Positions 14,539 to 26,950 of a stretch of 64,000 bases of DNA are shown here, in pieces. The position numbers and the translations under genes were made by a program. This DNA is from Flaccisagitta enflata (Eukaryota). Location: assembly GCA_965153355.1 (NCBI GenBank), contig OZ231126.1:6758001-6822000 (forward strand), in the 5' to 3' direction. Position 1 is the first letter of the stretch; every line of letters starts with the position of its first letter. The notes beneath the pieces were generated by a model. That model had not been told where the DNA came from. It saw only the letters and a list, made by a program, of their open reading frames with translations, and did no database searches.

Positions 14539-14807
14539 GGGCGTGTTTCTAGTGAGCGCTAAAAACGCGTTTGTAAACGTGAGACGCGAAAACAGTGTGA
14601 ACACATATTCAAGAATTTCAACTGTCCCACGAGGGAGTGAGCGAAGTGAGTGAGCGAGCCCGTGAACGGAGCGAGTGAGCGAAGCGCGCGAAGCAAAGCG
14701 GAGCGCTGCGGAGCGAGTGAGCGGAGTGAGCGGTGCGAGCGAACAAACGTAGCGAGCGACCGAGTGGCCCTTTTAAAACGCGATCGTCTTTGACTAGAAA
14801 CGCCCCC
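14539..14807. mobile_element. PIF/Harbinger (Tourist-like) MITE, TAA TSD
   Basis: taa|gggcgtgtttctagt ... actagaaacgccccc|taa; a related degenerate copy at ~54550-55618 is interrupted by another inverted-repeat element (~54629-55386). Confidence 0.75.
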
Positions 14808-17052
14808 TAACTGGTGCGCCTTGCATCTGCCAAAACGACAATGACGACGAAGACGACGGCGAAAAATGACAACACCAGCAACCACAATGGCAATGACCAC
14901 AAAAAAACAACACCAACGACAACAAGAACAACAGGAAGAACAAAAAAACAAAAAAAACAAAAACAAAAACAAAAACAAAAACAAAAACAAAAACAAAAAC
15001 AAAAACAAAAACAAAAACAAAAACAAAAACAAAAACTACAACGGCTAGGAATTTGGCGTCATTTCAGCAGAACAAGGTCTGGATGGTCTGTCACTTTTTA
15101 CGTCTAAGATACGATACCATTGTAGCATTTTATAAGTATTGACCTTCATGGCTTTGGCTCACCTGAATGGTTTGTTCTAACTTGGCACAGTTTGTTCCAT
15201 CAGTTTCTTGTCCTGACTGGAAGCTACGTCCCATTAGTATATTTTGTCTCACCTCAATGATTTGTCCTGCTTTGTATGTCTTGGCCACGATTCCTTTTCC
15301 CCATTTGCCACTTGCTTAATGTGCTCATGGCTCAGGTCTGTCCAATTAGTTTCTTGTCTTAACTTAATGATTTTTTCCTTTGGTATGTCTTGTCTTACCT
15401 CCATGGTTTGTCCTGCTTTGTATATTTTGAGCACAATTCCTTTGCCCTATTTGCTCCCAGCTTCATGTGCTCTAGGCACTGGTTTGTCCCAAGCATCTCC
15501 ACAAACACCGCAATTTATCCCCAACTTCTTTTGATGCATGAATCCGCCGCAAAAACATTCGTCGTAAATTAGGAGAATTTCAAACTAAATTGAAGCATTT
15601 CTTATGTACGCAGATCGCTAAGATCAGGGAAGATAATTGGTAAGCTGCACTGTTTACGACACTTGGCCTTATATAGACTTCTCTCATATTACTGACTTTA
15701 GTGGCTTACTTGACCTTAGATCTGCTGGAGAATATAAGAATAAGAAAAAAGGTTTATTTCTCTATGGATAGATGTTGCACTGCTTGACCATACTGACTCT
15801 CTTGGCTTTGTTAGATTACTCGCTCACTCGCTTTCTCGCTTATTCGCTCACTCGCTCGCTCGCCCTCTTTACATGAGCATTAATGTGCTTACCTCCATCC
15901 CGAGGTCCGTCCATAAGGCTCTGACAAATACCCGTGGCCCTCGGCGCCGCCAAAAAGGCCCAAAACCGCGCAAAAAATCGCGCCTGTAATGAAACTCAAA
16001 CGCATTTTTAAACCCTTTTTTTGTTTGCCTTTTTTCTTTTCTTTTTTCGTGTTATTTCTGGAAAAGCAAATCTATCTTGAACGTAATAGCTTTTCTTTCT
16101 CAATCAATAAAGGAAACGACAGGCTAAAAGTGTTTGCACCTTTTTTTCAAACATTGATACTTTATCCGATCCTCAATTAAAGCAGTATATGTTTTGATAT
16201 CCCGCTTTACACTCCGCTTTGTCGGTCCGTCTGTAGGTTGGTCTGTCCATCCATCCATCCGTCACACTTTTACTTTTTTGACATTTTCGAACTTTTTGGC
16301 CTCACTGCCCCTGCCCATCTCCACACGACTAGGACATCTGTGTATCCAGCCTTGTTGAATAGCCTCGCTATCAATTTCAGGATGTACCAATAAAGATAAA
16401 AAAATAAAAAATTTAAAAACTCAGCTCCAAAACTATCGATCGCACACAATTCTGCTTGGCGTCATCTGAAAGAGGAGAATTAGCTCTTTCTAAGCTGTTG
16501 ATTTTATTCATACGCTCATTTGGCCCGAAAAAAGCATCAACTTCCTCAAACTCTCAATGAGAAAAAAGGAAAATGCAATACCGCCATAAGTCTCAAAAAG
16601 CCGAAGGTATTCTTCGACTTTTTTTCCAAATTAGAACAGGTTGTCTGTCTGACTGGTATTTTTCTTCTCAGCGATTCCACCAAACCATTGCTCAGTATTG
16701 ATGTATCTTTTTGACTGCTCAAAAACTGGGCTGTTCCCACTGCATCGTGTGAACCAATTGTGGAAACTATAGCGTATCTGAAAAAGAATACACTGACATT
16801 CGTGGTACATTATCACTGATAATTTATCAGATGAAAAATACTCGACTCGCCCTATTCAAACTTTTGTAAGATATCAGCGTTTTCACAACGAAAACGGAGA
16901 GTGGCATGTGGGTTGGCAGTGGAAGGGGCAGGGGCAAGGATAGGAAAGGCTAGTAGGACATCAGGGCGGGCAGGGGCGGTTATCGTCTTAACGACAACCA
17001 GACAAACGAGCCTACCAACCGACAGCCGACTTTGGATAAAAAGAAGGAGAGA

Positions 17053-17244
<192 letters not shown>

Positions 17245-17336
17245 GAGTGGAAACTAAGCTTCCAGAAGGCGGAGTTTTGATTGGGTGCAATACTAGTTGC
17301 GCCATCTGTGCATTTCACACGCGAACTAAAAACCAA

Positions 17337-17682
17337 CGGGCAACAAGTAAAGGAACAAGACCGGATACACTATAGCCCCATTGCATAAGGGAGAGAAGGG
17401 GGAATATTGGGGAGGGCAACAAGTAAAGGAATAAGACCGGATTTACAGCAACCCCATTGCATAAAGGAGGGGGGGAGAAATGGTTGGGAGGGTTATTTGG
17501 ACAATTGGGCAACAAGTAAAGGAACAAGACTGGATACACGACAACCCCATTGCATAAGGGAGAGAAGGGGGAATGTTGGGGAGGAAAACAAGTAAAGGAA
17601 CAAGACCGGATGCACAGCAACCCCATTGCATAAAGGAGGGGAGGGGAAATGATGGGGAGGGCTATTTAGACAATTGGGCAAG
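17337..17682. repeat. Tandem degenerate ~75-100-bp units related to the HINE 3' end
   Basis: Four copies of gggcaacaagtaaaggaacaagaccggatacac...ccccattgcataa. Confidence 0.7.
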
Positions 17683-17905
17683 GGCATTAACGGTTAAATC
17701 GCCCATATATGCAAAAAAGCGGATGTGCGACCCATGGACTTACCAACAGACCAACATAAATGATAAAATGGTCGCTTGTACACAATCTTGTGTAATCAGA
17801 TTTCCTCTTTTTTTAAGATGAAACATTTCTTATTGAATCTAATATTGATGCTTGACAGGAATGAACAAATTCATTAAAATGGAATAGAAACGACACCTGA
17901 AACAA

Positions 17906-17994
<89 letters not shown>

Positions 17995-18428
17995 CATGGT
18001 TTAAATTCCATACTTCGATAAAGCCGTATTTTTACTTCTTCGATACTGTTGACTTAAATACACAACATCGCTTCTTTAAGCTAGTATCTTCAGCAATTCT
18101 ACAACTGTAGCAATTTCTCCGCGGCTACATTTTAAAAAGTTATCATCAAGCTAGATAAATTCCATCACCTGCAATAATCCTAAATTTGTAACAAATGTAT
18201 ATCAATTCATTTGATTGCAAAAGGTTTTTTTTGGATTGAAAATGAAACGATAAATACACATAGAAAATGATAAAAAAGTTCATGCTCAGGTCCTTGGTTA
18301 TCTGTTTTTGATTATGCGCTCTAATAAAGAAAATGTCAAAATAGCAACATATTTCAAGAAATGCAGTAGAATAATTGTGAATAAAATTTGGCGACATCGG
18401 TTAAGACAGTAAACATTCAAGATAAAGG

Positions 18429-19218
18429 TGAGATCGTTTAGCGTCTAGTTTCTTAGCAAGCTCCTGAAGCGTTATCGCAAGAACTGACTCCACTGCGTAG
18501 CTGCGCTAAAGATTTGGATCGCACACCCGCTTAGGACGAATTGTTGAGATGAGCGGTCAAGTTGTCCGCGAAATCAGTCTATTCGTGGAATCCTAACGGA
18601 CAGAGAAAAAGGAAAAAGGTTAAGACAAGCTCTGTACATCAATGAAGGATACTTCTGTATGGCGCCAAAAATGATAAAAGGTCAAGGACTTACACGGATG
18701 TTGTCGAACGGTTTCCAATCTAGGCGCAGGGCAGGGAAGTCGGGGAAAAAGCATCAAAAATCGAGTCTTTAACTGAGATCGTGTAATCGAATGTCAGAAA
18801 GAAAGTCAGGGAAGCTACTTTTACTTAACCTGGAAATAGCAAAAGAATGAGTCAAAACATCACGAGATTTGAAATTATTTGGCAGCAATGAAACACTAAT
18901 AAATAGATTCGTCACGTCGTGGGAATTCGATAGAGGGGTCGAAGTCTTTCCTCCTCTAAGCGGTTGAGAAGATATAGTTCATCAATTCTCAACCGGAAGT
19001 CAGCGCTTCCGGCGCGCACGCGCGTTCCTCCCCTTCCTCCGTCGATCGAAGATCTCTCTCCTTCTTCCTCGATTTCCTCCACTCTGCAGTCGAGCAGACG
19101 CCATCTTGGATTTTCGATGGCGAGAGAGCCCCTCCTATTCTCCGGATCCGCGGAGTCGAATGCGTCCGATCGAGCGCTTCTTGACCTGGAGATGGTGGGG
19201 AATGTGGAGATTCTCACA
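18429..19218 (-). repeat. 3' LTR (790 bp)
   Basis: Direct repeat of 30139-30926; by eye 2 substitutions and 2 single-base homopolymer indels. Confidence 0.97.
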
Positions 19219-19230
19219 GTCCCCCCATTT
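19219..19230 (-). promoter_or_regulatory. Polypurine tract (AAATGGGGGGAC) abutting the 3' LTR
   Basis: Reverse complement of gtccccccattt immediately inside the LTR boundary. Confidence 0.85.
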
Positions 19231-20060
19231 GAAATATTTGCCAAAAAAATTTCAAATCTCGTATCTAACTAGTTTCTTGTCAGGGAATACCGTTCATTCT
19301 AAAAATTTACAAGCTATGACAACATCCGGGGCTCATCTCAAAAACAAAAATTTTTAAATATTACAAAGACACTATTATAAATATCGTGGATCTCGCGCGG
19401 AAAAGACGATTCAGAAAATGGGTTCTAGGAGCGGAAACACCTACCACCGTCGATCGTCCGGGCTATCGCTACGGTCTGGTCATGAATCGCTCCTCTCGCT
19501 CCATTCTGCATCCAGTCTTCATGCTAAACAAGAAAAAGAGGTAACGATACTAGATCCACGGGAATGATGGACTGAAATAAATAATTAGACTATACGCTAA
19601 GTGGTCTATACTAGTGTATAAACTATACTATACTACGTACCAACGCCCAGTTAGGATTGTCCATCACTCCAGCACGCACGTCTCTGAAATGTAAGCGGGG
19701 GGGGGGTTCCCCCACACCCGGAATGGGTATGGAGAAACGGATCAGGAGAGTTAGAACTGATTCTCATTCCACAAATCATACGCTTAATATTCTAATTTGG
19801 TACAATTGTTCATGAGCAATTCAAGACCCCCCCTACCCCTCGACACTTACGCGGGAGAGTCGCAGGGGGGTCCCCGGTGGGACCCCCTCCCCCGACCGCC
19901 CTCTAGAGAAGCGAGGACGGCCGGCCTGTCCGTCACCGGAAGCATCTCGAGTCGCCGTTGGATGATCAACCGCTAGTCTTCCGCGACGACGTAAAACGTC
20001 GGTATGATACGCGCGATTGAAGTGGGAAGACGATGGCCGGGATCATGGCGACGAGACCCT

Positions 20061-21740
20061 CTACTTCCGGCCTTTACCCCTGCCGCCCTTTCCTCCACGA
20101 TAGGATGGCGCGTCGTCTTTCCTACTGTGGCGTGGAGGGGGGTTTCTGCCGGAAGGTGGCGCATGGTCGCTCGACGGCGCGGAATGGCGTTGAGTGCCGG
20201 AAGTCGACGGCATTTGTCCGTCGGACTGAGCGAACTCAGCGCGGATGCGGTCGGCTTCCTTCTTCGCGTCGGACAGCAGCTGGGCCATCTGAGCGACCTT
20301 TGCGTCGTGCTCACCGACAACCTTCATCCTAAAGTTGTATTGTTCGATGAGCTTCCTCGCCGATCTGGCTCTATCCACGGCGTGATCGGCAGCGTAGATC
20401 GCGCGATCCATCGGAGATGAGTTGGGATAGAAGGCCGCCGGAAGAATGTCTACAACCTTTTGAATATCCTTTGACCGAGGATGATTTGGCAACTTGATGG
20501 CGACGGCCAACATCGCCTCGGTCAGAAGGTCTTCCGGCGATCGGGGAGGGCGATGTGAAGGAGAAGAAGCGGATGCCGTCGACGTTGACGACCTGTTGGA
20601 CGTCGACGCATCTCTAGGCTTCCTTTTTGGACGACGATTCTTCTTCTTTTTGTTGGCGTTTTGCTCCTCTCGTCGCTGTTGGTCGTCGTTGACGGGAGGA
20701 GGAGGAGGTGGAGGCAGATTTGCGGCTGCCCCTGCGAGCACACCCCCTTGATTGTTCGTTGTCGTCGTCGTTTGAGTTGGGACACGGATTGGTGAAATGT
20801 CACGTGACCGCTGGCGTTGAGGAGGAGGAGGCCGGGGAGCGGGATCATGTGGTAATCTCGCGGGACCATCCATCACCGTCGATGATAACGATGCGGATGC
20901 ATCCGGCGGTCCACCCCTGCTCACCCGACGTCTCTTCTCTCTCACTTCGATTTGTAGATTGTTGGCGCCAGCGTTGGCTCGTCGATCGTCTCTCGGATGA
21001 TGTTGTGGAGGATCCTGCGTCGCGGGCGTCTGACGCTGATCGCTGCCACTTCCGGTCGAACGAATAGCCTCTGCGATCCGACGAGCGGCTCCTTCACGTC
21101 GTCTTTTCCTCTGATTTGAGGCTTTTCCACGGGAAATATCTCTCAAAGTCCCATTTCCCATGTCCGCCGTTGCTCCAATAGATCTGATGTTGATGATCTT
21201 GCACAATTGGAGCGTCTCGCGTGTTTCAACCGTCGCAATCTCTCCGTCCTCTTCAACTAATTCGTCTCTGACTCTTTGCGTCGGAACATATGCTCTTCGC
21301 TCGGCTTGTGGATGAAGAGCATCTCTCTCCGCGCGTAAGCGACGCTGCGTGTCGTGGTATATCGCAGTGTGCTTCCGCTCGATGAGGGCGTCGACTTGGG
21401 CGTTGTAGATCTTCACCAATTCGACCGCTTGTTCCTGCGAGATGGAGGACAGATCACTGATGTACGGCGGGATCACCAGCGTCGCGTCAGGTGATGCTTG
21501 AAACGGCGCCGGCGCGGTCGAGTCTGCGGCCGGCGTTACTTGTAACGTCGGCGACTCCACGACCGCCTGCGACGTCTGCGGCGGCGGCGGCAGAATTGGG
21601 GGAGCAAGGGAAGGAGCAGTAAGTACCCCTTGGGGGCCTGTAGGTCGGGTCGAGCAACCTCCCCGGGAAGTCCCTCTCCCCTTCCGTCATGTTCGTTAGT
21701 GTCCATCTTATCGCCCTCACTGTCATCCTGAGTCTCGTAG

Positions 21741-21782
<42 letters not shown>

Positions 21783-22391
21783 AAGTCTAAATTGTCAGGG
21801 TCATTTAAGTCCTGTCGCTCCACTTCCTCTGCTCCGCGTGGCGAGGGCGTCCGTGGTGGAGTCCGCGTCGGCTCCCCCATGAGCGCCTCCACTCCCGAAA
21901 CTGCCGTATCGAAGCTTCGTTAGCAGCTTGTTGTCGTTTCGCCTTTCTTGCCGCCCGGGCATCGTCGTCGGCACGCCTTCTGACGCGCGCTTGTCGGCAA
22001 AGGCGTTGGCATCGAACGCGTTGAGGGCCCGAGCAGGAAGAGGGTCCGTAACGGTCCACGCGCCGGAAGACGAGTCGTTGAAGAGATGGCTGACCCCGTC
22101 GATGACGTCATCAGCTCCTCCAGCGACGGACTGTTGCAATCCGCGAAGCCTGCGTTGTTCTCTAAGGGACGCTGCCCTGGCCTCCTGCTCCTGTCTCCTC
22201 CTCTTCTTCTCCGGGTCTTTCTTCTCTTCCTCCACTTTCTTCTTCTCCTCTTCTACTCTCGCCCGCTCCTCTTCCATCCTCCTCGTCTCCTCCTCATGGC
22301 TCCTCACCAAATCGGCCTGGGCTCGCGCCATGCGCTGCCTCCTCGCTTCGCGAATCTCGTCCGGCGTGCCTTGGTTATTCTGCTGCGACAT
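20061..22391 (-). CDS. Accessory ORF3 of the retrotransposon, ~778 aa if three 1-nt deletions are corrected; charged coiled-coil, poly-Asp, Pro-rich and basic/RGG segments; function unknown
   Basis: ORF pieces 22391-21801, 22059-21805, 21892-21536 and 21560-20061 join through successive one-base shifts near 21991, 21899 and 21634; ATG in ATCCATCATGT context preceded by a TTGCAG acceptor at 22404-22403. Confidence 0.7.
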
Positions 22392-22935
22392 GATGGATCT
22401 TTCTGCAACAGTTATGCGACGATACCGACAAGGGGAAGCTTTTTAGCGTAAGATAGTGTAAACGCCTGTTTTTGGAGAAAATTCAGATTTCGAGATGTAA
22501 TAAGACGGAAAGAGGAAGACATATCCATTAACATTGAGGAAGATTAAATGGTATACGCAGACAAAGAAGCAAGACTCTTCGATCAGCGCCTCAAATGACC
22601 TCCATACTCAACAGTCAATGATATGGATAAAACGGAAAAGAAAATGACGAACAAATGCCTTTATATGGTCAATACAAGATTGAAATGGCATGGCAAATTT
22701 AGATTGTCAGTCAATCATGCAGACACTCTCAACTGACTGGGGCACCATGTACCTCTCTCTCTCCTGTCTTTACACACAAAGACATATCAGACAGACCGAC
22801 TGAGAAAAAGTAAACAAGACCAAAAAAATAATCATGAGAAAAAAAATCCTCATTTTCTGCATAGTCTTTACAAATAGAAACACTTGTGCTTCTCTCCGGT
22901 CTACTTTCTCTCTCTCTCTTCACACTTATCCGTTT

Positions 22936-25900
22936 TTAATCTGAATCCAACTCCAATCGGACGATCTTCGGCCGATCTTGAGAACAATCTTGCCGTCGGG
23001 GCGTCGGATCTGTGCTTTCGGACATGACCACCAGATCCTTCCACTTCGACGACGCGTCCCAAAGACCACTGATGCCGATGAAGCGTCTCGTCAACGATGA
23101 TGACCAATGCATCTTTTTTGATGTTAACTTCCGACTTTGTCCATTTGCTCCTTGCGTGCAGCAACTGAAGGTATTCTGCGCGCCATACCTTCCAGAAGGC
23201 GTCAACGCGGGCCTGTGCGTTTCTCCATCGGCATCTCGTTCCCACGGCGTCGTTTCCGGTCTCTGGAGGAAGAATCGCTGCCAGCGAGTGTGAGAACGTC
23301 GACGGATGCAAGATGTTGACCGGCCTCAGCGCTGATGTATCGCTAGGATCGTCGCTCAAAGGCGTGAGAGGTCGACGGTTGAGAATTCCCTCCACCTCAA
23401 TCACCGCCGTTTGGAAGACGTCGTAATGGAGCACGTGACCGGAAGTAATGGACGCCAAATGTTTTTTGAAAAGGGATACGACCCTTTCCCATACGCCGCC
23501 GTAATGAGGAGTCCCCGGAGGAATGAAGTCCCATTGGAGTCCATGCTGCTGCAGAGCCACTGTCGACGACGCGTTCCACGACTGCATCTCCTCCTTCATG
23601 ACGCGATTCGCCCCAACTAGGTTGGTACCGCAGTCTGATATGAAGCGACGCACCGTTTGCCGTCTCGCCGCGAATCTAATGATGGCGTTGATCATTGCCT
23701 CTGTGTCCATTTTGAACAACACCTCCACATGCACCGCCCTTGAAACCATGCAGGTAAACACCACTGCCCAGACTTTATGATCCGCTCTTCCATTCAGTTT
23801 CACCAGGAAGTGACCCATGCAGTCGAGTCCCACCTCCTCGAAGGGGGCCGTTGGAATAAGCCGACGTTGAGGAAGAGGCGCCATCTGCTGCTTCATAGGA
23901 TCTTTAAAGTTCCTTTGGCACGTAACACAATGGTGGATGACTGTCTTCACCGCCTGGAGACCACGAAGAATCCACACAAAGCGTCGCAGTTGGCACAAGA
24001 CGTGTTTTGGGCCTGCATGAAGATCCTGATGATGAACATGGCGAATCAGAGAAGCGACGTTTGGATCCTTCGAAGGGAGAATCATCGGGTATTTTTCGTC
24101 ATGGCCGATATCTGCATTCACGAGTCTGCTCCCGACACGCATCGTTCCTTTCTCGTCGACAACCGGATTGTGATGGCGTAGGGTTTTACAGATCACCTTG
24201 GCGCCGGCGTCGTTGATCAGCGGCGTCGTTTTTCCCACCGCCTTCAACTTGGTTATCTCTCCATGGAAATGTTTGAACTGGATCGCGTTGATCAAGCGGC
24301 GTTGTGCGTCGTACAATTCAGCCATAGATACAGAGTATGGATTTGGCAGCGTCGTTGTCGCTGTTCTAGTTTTTGCCTTCACCTTCTGTCTCCACCGCTG
24401 CGTGCACTTCACAACCACGGCGATCAAACGCAATTTCGCCACCCACTCCTGGCGACGGGCGGCGACTGCATAGGCGAACATTTCCTTTTCCTTCTCTCCT
24501 TCCTTCTCCTCCACCGTTTCTGTCGCGACGGCGTTGATCGACGCTTCCGGCGCCGTCGCGATGTTCATCACCGGCCACTCAGATTTGGGAAGGTAGAGAA
24601 ACTTCGGACCGAAATGGAAAATGTCCCATTTTTCCTTGTCGCCGGCGTCAATACCCCGCGAACAATAGTCCGCGGGGTTACTCTCCGAATCAACCCACCT
24701 CCATTGAGAATCACTTGAGCCGCTGTGGATTTTTGAAAGTCGGTTTGCGAAGAAGCTCGGACGTTTAGACTTATGGTCGAAGATCATCTTCAGCACCGCC
24801 TCTGAATCTGACCAGAGCGTCACCATGTCCTCAGTCACCTTTGGAATGGTCCTCTTGATGAACAATTTGAGTTTCACCGCTTTCTCTGCCGCTGTCATTT
24901 CTAACCTCGGCACTGAATTATGATGCGACGCTTTTGACGCATCAAGAGGGACGACGTGAGCCTTGGCGCACAAAATGGTGACGCGGATTGTTCCATCTTC
25001 ATCTTCCACCAACCAATAGCCCACTACTCCAAAACCAGGGATGGCGGCGTCGCAGAAGATGTGAACCTCTCGTCGAACGGCCTTCACAATGCCCCATTCA
25101 ATGTGGCGCGGAATTTCGATCTGGATCAGCAATGGAGTCGCAGAGTACCATTTGGCGAAGCGTTTGATTAACGCCTCCTCCATCGTCGAATCCCATCCCT
25201 TCTCGGAAGCTCTCGTCAACTGAAGACACCTCCTCCCTTCAAGGGCGCGGGGGGCAGTGAAGCCCAATGGATCATAGTTGTCGGCTTGCATGGAGACCAA
25301 TTCGCGAGGAGTTGTTGCCACCCTCTTGCATGCTTCTGGATCGCATCTGAAGATGAAGCAGTCCGTCGACGGCAACCATTGGACTCCCAAGACCTTCGTC
25401 GGCTCCTCGAGTTTGGCGCTCAAGTCGACTGCGACATTCGGATCCTCGTCCATCACCTCCACCGCGTTCGATTTCCACTTCGTTAACGTAAATCCGCCGC
25501 TTTTCATGGCTGCGATGAGATCCTGCTTCAGCTGCAGTGCCTCGTCGACTGAATCCGCACCACCAGAGCCATCATCGACGTAGAAGGCATGCCTCAACAT
25601 TTCGTAGACGTTTTCCGGGAAGTCGGGCTTGATCTTCTCTGCGTGATGGCGTAAAACATAGCTGGTAACGAGACTCGATGACACAGATCCAAAAATGTGC
25701 GCCAAGAAGAGCATCACGACCGCCTCTCTCATGCTTTTGTCGGTGAACCACATATATCTGAACGTGTCCGCATCCTCAGGATGGACGCGGACGTTATGAA
25801 AGAACGCCTTTATATCAGTCATCAGACCGATTTTATAAAGGCGAAATTTCATAAGAACTTCAGTCAAGACGTTCATGATATTCGGACCTCCAATCAGTAG

Positions 25901-26950
25901 TTCATTGAGGCAAATGCCGCCAGTCTCCGCGCGTCCATCGTGACAAATCCGCGTTTTATTTCTTTCCTCCACCACATGGATGGGTAAGTACCAGCGGGGC
26001 GATGAGATGCTTGCGTCGTCGTTCGCCGGATCAATCTCAATCGCCACGCCCGTATCTACAAATTTGTCCATTTCTTTGAAGACGCGATCGCGGAGGTCAT
26101 GATTATTTGAGAGTTTGTATCGGAGACTTTTGGTCCTCTTAATCGTCATCGCGCGTGCGTTGACAGACTTGATAATCTCGATGATCTTCTCCTTGTCATA
26201 GCGCCATGGAAGTCCCACGACGTATTTTTGGAGTTTTTCGTCGAAGTATATCGTCTCCATCACCCGCTTCACCGCGCGGCGATTCTCTTCAGACTGGCCC
26301 ATTTCTTCCTCCGACACAATGGCGAAGTCGTGATAGAACATGCGGTCGAGAGATTTGCTCAATGCGACGTTATCCACGTGGATCGCGTTAATAACAGCGG
26401 TATCATCTGATCTCCGTCCACTCTTCCCTGCTACAGTCCATCCAAAACCGCATCTGAAGGCTGTCAAAGATCCTGAGGGACCTCTTCTTGCCTCCACAGG
26501 CATCGTCGCGTCGTAATGGGCGGCGCCGATGATCATTTGGACAGGACCATTTGCTTTTGGAAATGGAAGATCGCGAAGATGAGATTGATTTGTGAAGTCG
26601 CGTTGGCATGGAGCAATATCCGCTTCACCCGTCAATAACTCTCCCGTTAGTGCGTTGCTGATGTGGACGTTGTATTCCTCGTCAATCGATGAAAGGATGA
26701 AGGACGCCAAAACTTTCTCCTCCACCACTTCACAATTGACCGTATGCACGCGCATCAGCATCTTTTCCGTTGGTAAGTCTAGTTTTTTAACGATTTGAAG
26801 CGATAAAACGTCACGATCCGCACCGCTGTCAATCATCCCCAACACTACGGTGGAACGGCCCGTCGATGCGTTGGTGATTTTTACAGGAACAATCGGACGC
26901 GTGACATCATCCTCCGCGACCACCGTCCTCATCGCGGAGGTGGCAGCGAG
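22936..26950 (-). CDS. pol: Bel/Pao Pol: aspartic protease, reverse transcriptase, RNase H, integrase
   Basis: MIDSGAD (PR); DIKAFF, FRYMW, YVDD (RT); IFCDA, VPRLEM, WSDS, NPADYCSRG (Pao RNase H); H-x4-H...CVTC, LDCMG, SDCGTN, GGVWER (IN). The conserved tail VRKAQIRRPDGKIVLKDRPKIVRLELDSD is restored by adding one A at ~23017 and one at ~22978. Confidence 0.95.

Noticed and set aside
18912-19272. ORFs inside the LTRs (also 30620-30977)
   Set aside because: Short, non-ATG starts, begin outside the LTR with different N-termini in the two copies; no motifs.
20061-22391. ORF3 as an envelope gene
   Set aside because: No signal peptide, no transmembrane segment, almost no Cys.
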